Below are positions 27,607 to 40,563 of a stretch of 64,000 nt of DNA, piece by piece. The first letter of the stretch is position 1. Each line of letters begins with the position of its first letter. Position numbers and translations under genes: made by a program. The notes beneath the pieces are model-generated. The model searched no databases, was not told where the DNA came from, and was given only the letters and a program-made list of their open reading frames with translations. Source of the DNA: the human T2T-CHM13v2.0 reference genome, Homo sapiens; the NCBI RefSeq assembly GCF_009914755.1, contig NC_060936.1; one strand, written 5' to 3'.

Positions 27607-28109
27607 CTAAATTGGCAATTCACATTTCAATCCTGTGCTGCTTGTGTCTGAATCATATCATAGGGGGAGCTCTGAGCTTATGTGAACATCGAGGCTGTGA
27701 GAGACAGAAAGGAGAGATGTAGGAGCCAACCTTGTGTGTGCTGAGATTCGAAACCAGTCATATATCCCATAAGCAAATGTTCCTGAACTGGCAAATCCCA
27801 GAATGTATTTTGCCCTGGGCACCCTTTACCTCCTCATTAAATAAGAAAATAACCCATGAGTATTTGAAAGGAACTTGCATCGATGTGGAACTGACTGACT
27901 TAGAATAGAGCTCATCCGAGATCTTGAGATGGGCTTATTGACACAACCGCCTTTCAGCTGTTCTTGAGAGTCCCACAGGATGGGGAAAGCCTTGGTATTA
28001 GTCACTGGGATCAGAGCTGGGAAGCTGCTTAGCTCTGGGCTCAGCAGGCTGGACCAAGGCCACTTGTAGGTAAGAGAGGCAGTGTTCCCTAATGCACTCT
28101 AGATCAGCT

Positions 28110-28265
28110 GGAACTAGTTTGTAATCCTGGATTCAAGTCCCAGCACTATCATTAATGAACTGTGTGATCCAGGCAAGTGGTTTATCAGCCTTCTCTTCCA
28201 TAAAATGGGGTGCTGTGCTGTGTAGGTGTGCCTGGCTTGTAAGCACTAAACGAGTGTAGCTATTA
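28110..28265 (+). mobile_element. MIR SINE (degenerate)
   Basis: cctggattcaagtcccagcact...ctgtgtgatccaggcaagt...taaaatgggg. Confidence 0.6.
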
Positions 28266-28948
28266 CTATGATCATATGCAAGCAGCACCTGTAGCATTTG
28301 GAAGGCTCAGGAAAAGAAGGGTGGGTGGGAGCAAAGGCAAACAAGAGCAGTGGAGACTAAAGCGGGTTGTCTCGTGGCGATGCTTAACCTAGGGGCCTGG
28401 AATTTCCCCCTTTGCCTGGTCTTACTGTCATTGGAATAATCGTAACCACTCCTGGGTGGTAAGAGATCAGCAACATAGCTGTAGTTCGTTGGGTGGCAGG
28501 AATGTGCCCTTTGTCCTTGGTTTCTAAGTAATGATGTCTTCATGTCCGGTTGAGCGAGGGGTCAGCTTCAACCCTACGATAAACCAGTGGAGTTATAAAT
28601 GGAAAGCCTGAATTCCCAGACAGAGGAGGCGATCCAATGAGACAGCAGAGTAAGTAGGGAATTTTCACTGCCTCGTCTGCAATGATAATGTGAATAGCAA
28701 TAATAATCATCCTAAGAAAGGATTTTGTCTCAGAGCCAAGGCAAGGAAAAGAGCCTTTTCCCATGCCTTGCTGGGGAGAGCTGAACACTCAAACCACGTC
28801 AAAATAGAAGGAACCAAAAATACAGTGAAGTACCCTTTGCCCCAGTGAGAAGCCAGTGCAAGACAACGCCCTGCAGAATGGGCCAGAGGGCAGAAGAAGA
28901 GGCCAGGGCCCAGTCCTGAATTTGTCTGTTGGTTCTCACTTCCTCCTT

Positions 28949-29048
28949 TAATCATTTCAGAAGAGCTGTTAATGAGCAGGAAATCTAATTGATTAGCATT
29001 TCATCCTGGCTTCCCTTTCTGCCAAAGGTGCTAATGAGCAGGGAAATC
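28949..29048. promoter_or_regulatory. Candidate homeodomain enhancer (TAATTGATTA flanked by direct repeat)
   Basis: taatgagcaggaaatc (28970-28985), TAATTGATTA (28986-28995), taatgagcagggaaatc (29032-29048). Confidence 0.45.
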
Positions 29049-29299
29049 ACAGATCCTCCGGGTGCAAGGTACTTGAGAGGTTGTGAATGCATTTGCCACC
29101 CCTACATGGAGAACCTCATCTGAACCTCAGCAAACTGATAAGGACCACTCTGATTTTTAAAACCCTCCAGACAAGCTGCCTTCCTTCTGTGGATCACACA
29201 CCACCCAGGTTAGCAGCAGTGCCACCAGAAACACTGTTGCACTCAAGTTTTCTCGCAGGTGACTCATCTGCATGCTCCTTGGCGGAGAATCGCGGGTTA

Positions 29300-29540
29300 C
29301 TGTACTGTCTTTGTGTAAGAGTTCTTCATATTCTCGAAGATGTTTGTTACATCTTGTTTCTACTGTCTTTCCTCCAGGTTACACATTGTGCGTCTTTCAC
29401 CCTTTCTGTGCAAGTTGTTCTTTCTGACCCTAATCACCTTATGTTGTTGGATCTTACTCCAAGTTCATCTACTTTGGTCGTGGATTCGGAACTGAGCCTA
29501 GAGTCCATGAAGGACTCTAGCAAGAATGAGCACAATTAGA
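29300..29540 (-). mobile_element. L3/CR1 fragment (very degenerate)
   Basis: ctttcctccaggttacacat...ctgaccctaatcacctt...gaactgagc resembles the reverse L3 3' ORF2. Confidence 0.4.
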
Positions 29541-30841
29541 GGTCTCCTGGCACCCTGTTGTTGTCTCCTTTTTTTCTTTCTAACAAAAGCCCATGGTCAG
29601 TCTCTCCAGTTCATGACTCTTTTTCAACCCCAGCCTCCCTTTCTCCGTTTGTGTACATGCCCTATTTTTCTTTTCCTGGTAGACAACCCTGCACTTTTCC
29701 TTCTCTGAGCAGCAACAGTGAAAGGGAAGGGAGGTGGAGGGAGAGTAAGCCACATGGGCAACCTGCAACCTGGGTCTCCAGCCTCTTGCAGTCTTGGTCC
29801 TCACCGTGGCATAGTATAGTACCAGTAGAGGCACTGCAGGGACAGATGAACTCCATAGCAAGGCATTGCAAGAGGCCTTTGGAGAAATTCCTTTGCAATT
29901 TGAGCAAAGCCCACTCCTTGGCTTAGCAAATCTTTTTACTTTTTGGTCTGCTAGAATTTACTGCATGCGTAGTTATCCAGAAGGTACGTCTCTGTCCCAT
30001 TCGGCTTTATTAGACGCCATCTGGAAAGGGGCTGGGAGTGGTCAGCCTCAGGGAGGGGAGCCAACTGACCGTGAAAGGAGGGAGATGAGAGCGAAGTAAG
30101 CATAGTGCTCGCTCCCCAAGGATTGAAACTGCCTGCCCCGAGCTGAAGACTTACAAAGACGTAGTCCAGATTCCCAGAGAAAATGAGGCTTTATACCCAT
30201 AACAAGTTGTAATTTGAGTCACCGGGGAAGTTAAGAAAGTGAAAACATGAGCAAATGCCAGTGTGATGGAATCAGAGTCTCCATGCTGGAAGAGACTTCA
30301 GAGGGATCTGCTTGAGCTCCCTGGCTTTATAGACAGGAAGACCGGCCCCCTCAGATGCACACAGCCAGGTACTGCACGGCCGGGCCAGAGGCTTTTCTGA
30401 TGCCTGCCTCCCTCTCCCGGCAACGGAACCTCATCACCTAGTTCTGATAGGAAAAAAAAAAAATGAGGTGATCAGAAAACAACTTCCTCAACTTTCTCAG
30501 TCTCCACCAGCAACTAAAATTGTTCCTGTATCCCCCTCACCTTATCCACTTAGCACCCCTACACCCAAGGGCAGCTAGGACCCGCTGCTGTCTCTCCATG
30601 ACCTCCCTCCCTCTGTAGCCTTAGGTAGGCCCCTGGCAGCTTTTGCCTGGAAATTTGCAACAGTCTCTTGACGGGTCCCCCTGCCTCCCTCCATTCTTAG
30701 TTCACCTGTCACTCTGTGGCTGCCTCACCCATCTAAGAAGCAAACCTGGTAAAATTGCTTCTGTTTAAAAGTCTTGAAATCCTGCAATGGCCTCAGTGGC
30801 CCCTAGGATAACTATAAACTCCTTAACATGGGCTACAAATA

Positions 30842-31422
30842 GGTGGTTTTCACCCCTGGGTGTATATTAGAATCACCTGGGATCTTTTTAAAATTACCCG
30901 TGCCTGGGTCTCACCCGTAGTGACTCCATAGAGTGGGCCTGGGTGGGGCCAGTGGTGTCCTACAGCTGGAACCAGCCCCAGCGACTCAGGAGAGGCCATC
31001 GCTTCCAGGAATCTTATGAGTGGGTTGTTAAATGACCATTATTAAAAATTATACAAACTTGTAAGTAAGTACATTATGTTAAAAACAAAGGTAATACATA
31101 CTCAAAAGTCAGGTTTGCCTGATGCCTTTACTACCTTTCGAGGTAATTTCTATTGATTGTATCTGCTGGGTGGAAATACTATATAATGGTGTGCTACTAC
31201 ACATCTCCTCCCAACTCTGCAGTCAGTGACATCCCATTGGTAGCTTGAAATTGACCATGGCATGAGTATTTACATCATAGAAATTGGCAAATGCTACAAA
31301 TCAGCCCCTGCCCCCCAACAAGTCATTAAACACTGATATCACTGGCTGCGGCTCAGGTATTTACATGATTTTTTTAAAGCTCCTCCGGTTGATTCTGATG
31401 AGCAGCAGAGTTGAGAAGCACC
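30842..31422. mobile_element. MER5A split by MER63
   Basis: ggtggttttcaccc...attagaatcacctgggatc...ggcctgggtgggg | insert | ...ttttaaagctcctccggttgattctgatg...gagttgagaagcacc. Confidence 0.8.
30949..31345 (+). mobile_element. MER63 (hAT-Blackjack)
   Basis: Termini ccagtg...cactgg; internal cccaactctgcagtcagtgacatcccattggtagcttgaaattgaccatgg...aaattggcaaatgctacaaatcag. Confidence 0.85.
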
Positions 31423-32280
31423 AGCCAGGATCTGACTCTTTCTGCCTCTTGAGCAAGCCTCATCTCTTAGAAAAACTCTCCTCTTCCCCCCAACTTTCTT
31501 CAGTCCTGCCACACACAACCAACTGCAGTGGCCCAAACACGAGTGCCATGTTATTTCTCATTCTGTGTTTTTACTCCTAGACACACTGATTCTTCTGCCT
31601 GGAATGCCTGTCACTTCCTTGTCTGCCTGGCAAGCACCTGTTCATCTTCCAAAACTCAGCTCAGTACTTTGTCCTGTGTGAGCTCTTCCTATACCTCCTC
31701 CCCACACAGGTTCACCACTCTGCCTCTGTGACCTGTATGTCTTCTCATTAAAGGGCTTTTAGAATTTTATGGTGCTTTCTGATTATGTGTCTCTATCTCC
31801 ACCCCCATTAGACACTAAGCACCCGAGGGCAAGGGCGTGCCCTGTTTCTCTGCATCCCAGCAGGGAGTGCAGCACCAGCATAGTAGATGCTCAGTCCGTG
31901 TTTACTGGATGGATAAATGAGCTAAACCAGGTTTCCTGACTCCTGGGGCAGCCTTCTTGCCACCCCAGTCCTCCACCTGACCCAGCCTTTCTAAAGGCAG
32001 GAAGAGTAAATTACTGCCATTCCTGTGATGGACCACATTCTGAGCTTGCTGCTGCTAGACGTGGTGTGAAGATGGTTCTCACAGCTCTTTTAACAATAAG
32101 ACTTTTTAAACTGACTTTAGTTATTCCAGGTTTAGAATTCTGTCCATTCATTATTCATTCAATAACATGCCAACATTATTCCAGGCCTAGAGATGCAGTG
32201 GTGTGCAAGGCAGGGGAGGGCACTTTCTTCAGAGCACTTTCAGTTAGGAGGTGACTCAGATGATTAAAGAAGCAATGACT

Positions 32281-32664
<384 letters not shown>

Positions 32665-33137
32665 TATAGCATAGAAAATGCTAGGTTCCATCCAGGGTTA
32701 GCTCCTAGTCTGTGGGGTTTCATGAAGGCTCCCCAGAGTAGGTGGAGCCAAGGGCTGACACCTGAGGCAAAGAGGAAGGTGGAAAGCTGTTCCCTGCAAC
32801 TGGAAGATCCTGTGAAAGGGCTCCAGGGCCAGAGAGAGCTCAGCAGCTGCAAGGAACAGAAAGAAGTTGCCACAAAGCCTGTGAGGAGTGACAGCAGAGG
32901 GGCGAGGGCAGGAGGGGCTTTGGAAGCCATTTTCAGGAGTCTGGATTCTATCCTAGGAGCAGTGAAACCCCACTGAGGCATAAAACCAGGGAGCCCCCTT
33001 ACCAGATCTGTACTAAGAGAACTTGCCCAGATCAGTGGCCCAGGAGAGATGAAACTAGAGAGCAGGAGACCAAGCCTTGAGTAGGGAAGAGGCTGCTGCA
33101 ATGGATAGAAGGGAGGGGTTTCAGAAGCAGAATCATG

Positions 33138-33553
33138 TCTCACTTATATGTGGAATCTAAAGAAATGAAACTCATAGAAGCAGAGAGTAGAAAGGTAGTT
33201 GCCAGGGGCTGGGGGGCTGGGGAAAATGGATTTGGGTCAAAGTATACAGAGTTTCTGTTGTAAAATGAGTAAGTTCTAGAAAACAAATGTGCAGCATGGT
33301 AACTATAATTAATAAAAATATACACTTGAAATTTGCTCAGGAAGTAGGTCTTATGTGTTCCCACCACATACACACACAATTTGCTATGTGTGGTGGGCAC
33401 ATGTAAGACTATGGTGACTATGAGGTGATGGATTAGTTGATCACCTTGGTTGTGGTAAGCACTTCATAGTGTATACCAATGTCAATCTTACATCTCAATA
33501 ATATGCAGTTGTTATTTGTCAATTATACCTTAATAAAGCTGGGGAAAAATAAG
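33138..33553 (+). mobile_element. L1MA (L1MA9/10-like) 5'-truncated 3' end
   Basis: ctcacttatatgtggaatctaaa...gtcaattataccttaataaagctgggg. 12-bp TSD agcagaatcatg at 33126-33137 and 33554-33565. Confidence 0.9.
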
Positions 33554-33632
33554 AGCAGAATCATGGAACATCATGACTGGATTTGATGATGGAGGTGAGG
33601 GAAGTATGAAGAATCTGAGAGAGGTAGGGAGA

Positions 33633-33968
33633 GCTGATCAGTTCATGGTTCATGTTGGGTTTGTGGAGTTTGCAGTGCCTATGACGTATCCAAGTGTAGT
33701 TGATCAGTTCATGGTCCATGTTGGGTTTGTGGAGTTGGCAGTGTCTGTGACATGTCTAAGTGCAGTTGATCAGTTCGTGGTTCATCTTTGGGTTTGTGGA
33801 GTTGACAGTGCCTATGACATATCCAAGTGCAGTTGACCAGTTCATGGTTCATCTTTGGGCTTGTGGAGTTGGCAGTGTCTGTGGCACATCCAAGTGCAGT
33901 TGATCAGTTCATGGTCCATGTTGGGTTTGTGGAGTTGGCAGTGTCTATGACATATCCGAGTGCAGTTG
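33633..33968 (+). repeat. Minisatellite, 5 x 66-67 bp
   Basis: Unit gttgatcagttcatggtccatgttgggtttgtggagttggcagtgtctgtgacatatccaagtgca starting at 33633, 33699, 33765, 33832, 33899. Confidence 0.97.
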
Positions 33969-35257
33969 TCTAGGAGTCACTTAGAAATTCAGTTCTGGAA
34001 ATTTGAGGAGAGATGTGGGAGAGAAATGTAGATTGGGGTCATCAGTGTATGATAACTGAAACTATAGGAGCAAGGGTCATTCATTGTCTAGGAAGAATGA
34101 CTAGGGTAGGAGGAGAATAGGACATCACATTTAATCAATGACCAGCGTAGACAGAGCTAGTAGCAGCAATGAGATGAGTGACTAGAGAGGTAGAGAGAAA
34201 ACCAGGAAAGTGTGGAGTCATGGAAGCTAAGGAAGATGGTGTTGGGAATAGAGGTGGTGAACAGAGTCCCCTGTTCTTGCTGATAGGAGAGGTCAAATGA
34301 GATAAGGACAGAGGCGTGGCCTTTGGATTCCGAGATGTGTTGATCACCGGTGCACTTGGCAAGCATGCCAGAGGAGTGCTGAGGCAGAGGTCAGAGCACA
34401 CTGTGCCAAGCAGTGGGAGGCAAGTGATGGAGACAAGCGTCTGAACTCTAGGACACTGTGCTGGGAAGGAGAGGGGTGAAAGAGGACAGTTTTGGGATCA
34501 AGGGATATCTTCTATTTTTGTTGTCATTTGTTTTGAAGTAGGAGAGGCAAGCTGGCTAAACTTTAAGTAAAAGGGAAGATTGTGATCCTGTCCTCTGTGA
34601 GTGAAAGAGAGCATCCTTTTAATGTGATCAGTGCCAGATGTCATCTTACAAGCCCTGTGTCTAACCTGATAGGCATTTAGAGTGGCCAAGGCTTCCTGGA
34701 CTGGCCTCATTTCATTGATGACTGCTTTTGCAGAGACTCCATTGCCTCCTAATTGTCTACACTTGGGGCCTCCATTTTTCTCTTCCTTGGCAGAATTTTA
34801 GAAGAAGCCTCCTGTCACCAGCCTTTCGGAGTCCCCACTGATACTGGTGTGTGTGCTCCTGCTGTGGTGCTGCCCACCCACCCTCGTTCTTCCAACCCTC
34901 CGGCACCGAATCCCTCCTTTCACTCCCTCTGTCCCCTGGGCAAGTTCCAGCTGGTTACAGTGAATTCCCGTATTTCCCTCCTCTCTTACTTCTCATTTGT
35001 CAGAGTGCACAGGAGGCTGCCTGGAATGCCCTCTACTCCCAGGCTGAGGAAATTAAAGTAGCTAAATTTTTATTATAGCATCTCTCAAGAATATTTCTAG
35101 AAATCATAGAGTCGTTGCACCTTACTACTGAATAGAAGTTGAGGGGTTATTTGACCCATTCCCTTTAATTCTAGGCAGCTTGATTTCCAAACTCTTTGTA
35201 GGTACGTCTTCTTTAAGATTTCTATATAAAAGGTCCCCCAAGCCCAGCCCTTATGAC

Positions 35258-35414
35258 TAGGGCGACCATGTAATTTTGCATTCAAACAGAGATGCCAAAG
35301 GGGGCCCTGACCAAACAGGACTTGGGAACCCAGGTATGATCTTTGGGAACACCAGAACAACAACCAGTGTAAATGAGGACTGTCCTGGGCTAGCCAGGAC
35401 ATGCAGTCATCCTG
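35258..35414. mobile_element. MER81/MER94-like hAT-Blackjack MITE
   Basis: TIR-like tagggcgacca ... gtcatcctg; internal gtaaatgaggactgtcctgggctagccaggacatg. Confidence 0.6.
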
Positions 35415-35483
35415 CCTGTGATGAGTAATGGGGGACAGAACCCGAGAGACTCTTTTTTGGCTAGTGCTTAACATTACGGGACA

Positions 35484-36720
35484 GTCACTGAGCATTTACT
35501 ATGGATTAGGCATTGTTCCAGACACTAGAACCGACAACAAGATATAATCCTTGCCTTAAAAAACTGTTGGGGAAGAAAGACACAAATAAAATTTGCCATA
35601 ATTCTGTGTGATAAGTTTTGATTTCAGTTTTGGTAAGTAATAGCTTTATGGACGAAGTGCTTTGGGAAAAAAGCAGAAGAGGGATGAGTTTGGAGGGGTT
35701 CGAGAATCAGAGGAGGTGACAGGAGAGCTGGGCTTTGAAGATGATCAGGATTTCTTGGGGAATAGGGCTGCAGGAGAGGGAATGTGTGCCAAGAGTGTGG
35801 AACGAAGGCACGGTGGGTAAAAGAGAGAGCAAGAGCTAAAGCTGAGAACTGGACAGGGCCCTGACAGGACCCATTCACCTTCTGGAGGCATCATTCATTC
35901 TGTGCATTTGTGATCTCTTTTTGCGTGAGTGCAAGGTCTGAAGTGGCCTGTGGCATGCTGGAGCTTAGTAGACACATCTGGTGAAGGTGTGGAGAAGGCC
36001 AGAGTAGGAAACCACTAGAAGTGGAGAGGTCACCTCAGAGACTCTCCACACAGCAGTGGTGGTGTGTTGCTTCTGAACCAAGGCAGGGTCAGAGAGGACA
36101 GAGGAAGAGGCAACCCTAAGAGAGCATTTGGCAGCTGAGACGATAGGACGCAGTGACTGACGTGGAAGGTGAGGAACGCAAAAATGCCAAGATCACACAA
36201 GCCTGCTTCAGAAGACCAAGAAGATGGGGTTTCCCTTCATTGAGACAGGGAGCAGGAGAGCAGCTAAGTCTGACGTCACCAAAGGCCATTTGGGGCATGT
36301 TTGGGTGTTTGTGGTGCATCCACACGGACACGTCCATTAGGAGTTTGTATCTATGGGTCTGGGGCTCGAGGGACAGATTCATGTCAGAAATACTGACTCC
36401 TCGGTGCACTGATAGAAGATGTGATTGTAGATGAGATGACTCAGAGAGCAAGTGTGGAGCGAGAGGACTTGGGAACCCAGGGTTGATTTTTGGGCAACGT
36501 CTAACCCCAAAGAAAGGGCAACCACGAAAGGCTGTTCAGAAGCAGCAGTCAGCAGGGTGGGAGGGAACCAAGAACAGGACTGTCAGGGAAGCCCGGAAGG
36601 AAGCAGGGTCAAGCTGGGAATGCTGGATGAGCAGTTTTCTTGAAGTTACGGGCAGGAGCCATGACAGTGGGCGGGAGGCAGAGAGGAGGAAACAAGGTGT
36701 AGCCTACTCCTTCTGAGTGC
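35484..36720 (-). mobile_element. L2 LINE (degenerate)
   Basis: cactgagcatttactatg...ggcattgttccagacact...gagctgggctttgaagatga...ggagtttgtatctatgggtctggggctc. Confidence 0.65.
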
Positions 36721-36864
36721 TTGAAGTGGGGCAAAGACAAGGTGTGAAGATGGAGGGTGAGCTGGGGTTTAATTGAAAGTATTTCTTTTCAGGTTAATGG
36801 AGTTTTAAGGAAGTCCCTTTTTACAGTGACTTCTGAAAGAACACCCACTCTGTTTGCCCTCTAG

Positions 36865-37072
36865 ACCTGGGCTATCGAATCCACTAGCCACTAACCAAGT
36901 GTGGCTATTTAAATTTAAATTAATTAAAATAAATAAAATGTAAAGTTCAGTTCCTCAGTGGCACTGGCTGTGTATCAGGTGCTCAGCTGCCACGTGGCTG
37001 GTGGCCACCATGCTGCACAGCACCGGCACAGAGCGTTCCCGTGTTTGCCAGGAGTTCCGCTGGACAGCCTTG
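36865..37072. mobile_element. MER3 (hAT-Charlie)
   Basis: ctagccactaaccaagtgtggctatttaaatttaaattaattaaaat...ttcagttcctcagtggcactgg...gtgctcagctgccacgtggctggtggccacca...gttccgctggacagc. Confidence 0.9.
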
Positions 37073-38529
37073 TTTTAAACTCTGCGTTTCACCATCTTCC
37101 TAATTCTGCCTTTTGGAACTTAGTAGAGTATATAAGCCCAATCTGCTTATCTAGTTTCCAAACCTAGTTCTGAGGTGAAGAAAACCAGATGGTATTTTTA
37201 TCATATAAGCTGAAGAATTCTTACAATTTTCAAGTCAGCATTTTTTCCAGGCATTGACCGATAATAAATTGCTCCATGTTGTTAAACATAAGAGAGAGAA
37301 ATGTAAACGTGAGAATTATTTCTACTGAGCCATCTATTTAGTCTTTCCACTGCTACCATCATAACCACTTCCATCTGATCATTAGCTTTTGTGCATCTAC
37401 AGTAACTTCATTTTTCTATTTTTTTGAAAGTTATGAGCTCGTTAGGGAAATTTAGCACCATAGCCCCTTCCTTCCAGGAAGCTGCAGAGGCCCTGCTATA
37501 GCTTTCACCTGTCTGGGCACCTAAGCAGACCTTGTCAGCTGCTGGGAAGAAAAAGCATCTGATTTGCCAGCCCCTCGCATGCATCCATCAGCCGGGGGTG
37601 GGTTTCTGAGAAACCGTTGTGTCTGGGCCCAAGCTCAAAGCACACTTTTCATTCCTCCCTGAGCTATTTTCCTTATTATTCTTTAGAGGGGATTTGTCAT
37701 GGGGTGATTTGGTGTCTCCAAGATACCTGGGTTTAAAAAGGTCCTTTGCATTATTCTGCATACAGCGGGACCTGAACTTGGGCTGGAGGAATGTTGCTGA
37801 TGCCCAGGTGGGAGGCAGAGGATTGTACCTGAGAACTTTTCCTGTGGCCTTTACCTGGGGGAGGAGAGCATGTTGGCAGAATGTTCTCAGGGCTGGCCCC
37901 ATCGCACATGGATGTGTTCATGGATGAGTTCAGCAGAAGTATGGCAGCTAGGGAGCTTTTCTTTATGTCCATCTGGGCTTTGCTATTTGGCTGAAATTCC
38001 TGGACCAATCCTTGTGTCCGTAAGAACCCTGTGTCCTTACCTTGTGTAGACTGTTGACTACTGTTAACCCTCTAGTATTAGCACAGCAAAGTACTGTCGT
38101 GCACTTCAAGCCCCTGTACAAACACATGCCCCTCAGCCAGACCTCACCCTGGGAGCTGCTCCGGAGTCAACAGCCCTTGAAAGTGCACTGTCCTGCCTCG
38201 TAGCTGGAAGCTAAGGCTGCAGCTTCATCTCCCATGGAAACCTGGGCTCACTAGGAGGGGCAAGGCCTCCAGACCACTGTCTTACCATAGAAGCCGCCTA
38301 GCAAACTGCAAACCAAGCAGAAAATGCAGGCTGGGCTGAGGAGGCCTCTAACTGATCACCAGCCAAGCAGAGAAGGGGTGAGTGGCATGTGAATGACTGC
38401 TAGCTCTAGGCCTGGACCATGGATTCAAACCCTGCTGGCTGGCCCTCCACCATCTCCTGCTCCAGTGAAGACTGTGGCATCCATTAGTGAGGCTAGAGTA
38501 CACGCTTCTGACTGTGGAATCCTTCTCAT

Positions 38530-38745
38530 TTTCTGGCTCTGCCATCCACTAGCTGTGTAACTTTGGGCAAGTGTGGCCTGACAGCCGAAAGCTTACCCCC
38601 ACTCCTTGCTAGCTATATAGCTGAGGGCAAGCCATAGAACTTCTCCGAGCCTCTGTTTCTAGTCTGCAAAAGAGGATAAAAATACTTACTGTGCAGGTTG
38701 TTGCAGAGATGAAATGATGTTTATCAAATGCCTAACACAAAGGTT
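38530..38745 (+). mobile_element. MIR SINE (core present twice)
   Basis: ctggctctgccatccactagctgtgtaactttgggcaagt, then ctagctatatagctgagggcaag...gagcctctgtttctagtctgcaaaagaggataa. Confidence 0.7.
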
Positions 38746-38765
38746 CTGTAGATGCTGCTTCTCTA

Positions 38766-39203
<438 letters not shown>

Positions 39204-40084
39204 GGAAAAGGAGGGACACTGGAGAAGAAGCTCCACAATTTTCCAAGGTGCCAGGGTGAACCAGCACGGGCCAGGCGGAGGCCTGTCGTCTGCACTCCCA
39301 CATGGCCCTCCTCCTACTCCTGATGTGGCTTCTCTCTGGTATGGACGCAGGAGCTGGTCCCTGGCCCACAGGAGAAACTTGGACACAGCCATGATAAACG
39401 CAGGCTTTATAATCCAAGAGCTTGAAAAGATAAGAGTGACTAATAAATAAAAATTTCTCCATTTCTTCATGCTTGATTTTCAAGGGAAGATGTAGAATAA
39501 ATTTGAGCCACCTTCCCCTGCAAGTATACCTTTAAATATTAAATATTTTACTTAATTATAAAATCCCCTGCTGTCTGGAGAGAATGGCCACCTTCTCTCC
39601 TTAGTGGAAACGATGTCATCGCATTTACTGAGTTTGTGAATGTAAAGTGTTTTCAGACTGTAAAACCCTGGATGGGGTTCTGGAAGGCCTCCTCTCTGGG
39701 CCCATCCAAAGGGGTCTTCAGAAGTGCATTGGTGACAAGAATGGCATCAAGTAGGAAGGGCCCCAGGTGTAGAGGGATGGGCAGTGGACACCTCTGTCAG
39801 GAAGAGTCTTCCTTATCCAGGGCTATCAGGATCAGGAGCTAGAGCCCACGTTTGGAGAAAACACAAGAAGTAGTACCAACCCAGTGAGTCTCGGGTAAGA
39901 AATTGGAGTGGTTTGGTTTCCCATCTCTAACTTGGCCAGATGTACCATAAGCTGTATCTGCAAAGCCAGTGTAAGGCTAGACTTAAGTTCAATTAGGATC
40001 CAAATTCTTCACTGTCAACTTGTCTAAGTTTTTGTTTATTTCACTTAGTTTCCTAGTGAAATTTTCATTTGAAAATTCCCAGCC

Positions 40085-40258
40085 TTATTTATTTATTTAT
40101 TTACTTATTTTAATAGAGACAGGATCTCACTCTGTTGCCCAGGCTGGAGTGTAGTAGCACAGTCATAGCTCACTGCAGCCTCGACCTCCCAGGCTCAAAT
40201 GATTTCCTGCCTCAGCCTCCAGAGTAGCTGGGACTACAGGCAGGAAGCACTGTGCCTG
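40085..40258 (-). mobile_element. Alu right monomer (FRAM/AluJ-like)
   Basis: (ttta)n tail, then gagacaggatctcactctgttgcccaggctggag...catagctcactgcagcctcgacctcc; no left arm. Confidence 0.85.
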
Positions 40259-40270
40259 CACTCCAGCCTT

Positions 40271-40563
40271 CTTTTCTTTTCTCTAGCTTTTTTTTTTTTT
40301 TTTTTTAAATATTTGAGACAGAGTCTTGCTTTGTTGCCCAGGCTGAAGTGCAATGACATGATCTCAGCTCATTGCAACCTCCGCCTTCTTGGTTGAAGAG
40401 ATTCCCCTGCCTCAGCCTCCCAAGTAGCTGGAAACACAGGTGTGCACCACCATGCTCAGCTAATTCTTGTATTTTTAGTAAAGATGGGGTTTTGCCATGT
40501 TGACCAGGCTGGTCTCGAACTCCTGGCCTCATGTGATCCATCCACCTTGGCCTCTCAAAGTGA
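40271..40563 (-). mobile_element. Alu (AluS/J-type), slightly 5'-truncated
   Basis: Poly-T, then reverse Alu dimer ending at ...cctctcaaagtg (lacks the first ~35 nt). Confidence 0.9.

Larger units (their letters stand above)
30480..31920 (+). mobile_element. L2 LINE, interrupted by MER5A/MER63
   Basis: ctggaaatttgcaacagtctc...aaactccttaacatgg before the insert; ttctgcctggaatgcc...gtagatgctcagtccgtgtttactggatggataaatga (L2 tail) after it. Confidence 0.7.
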
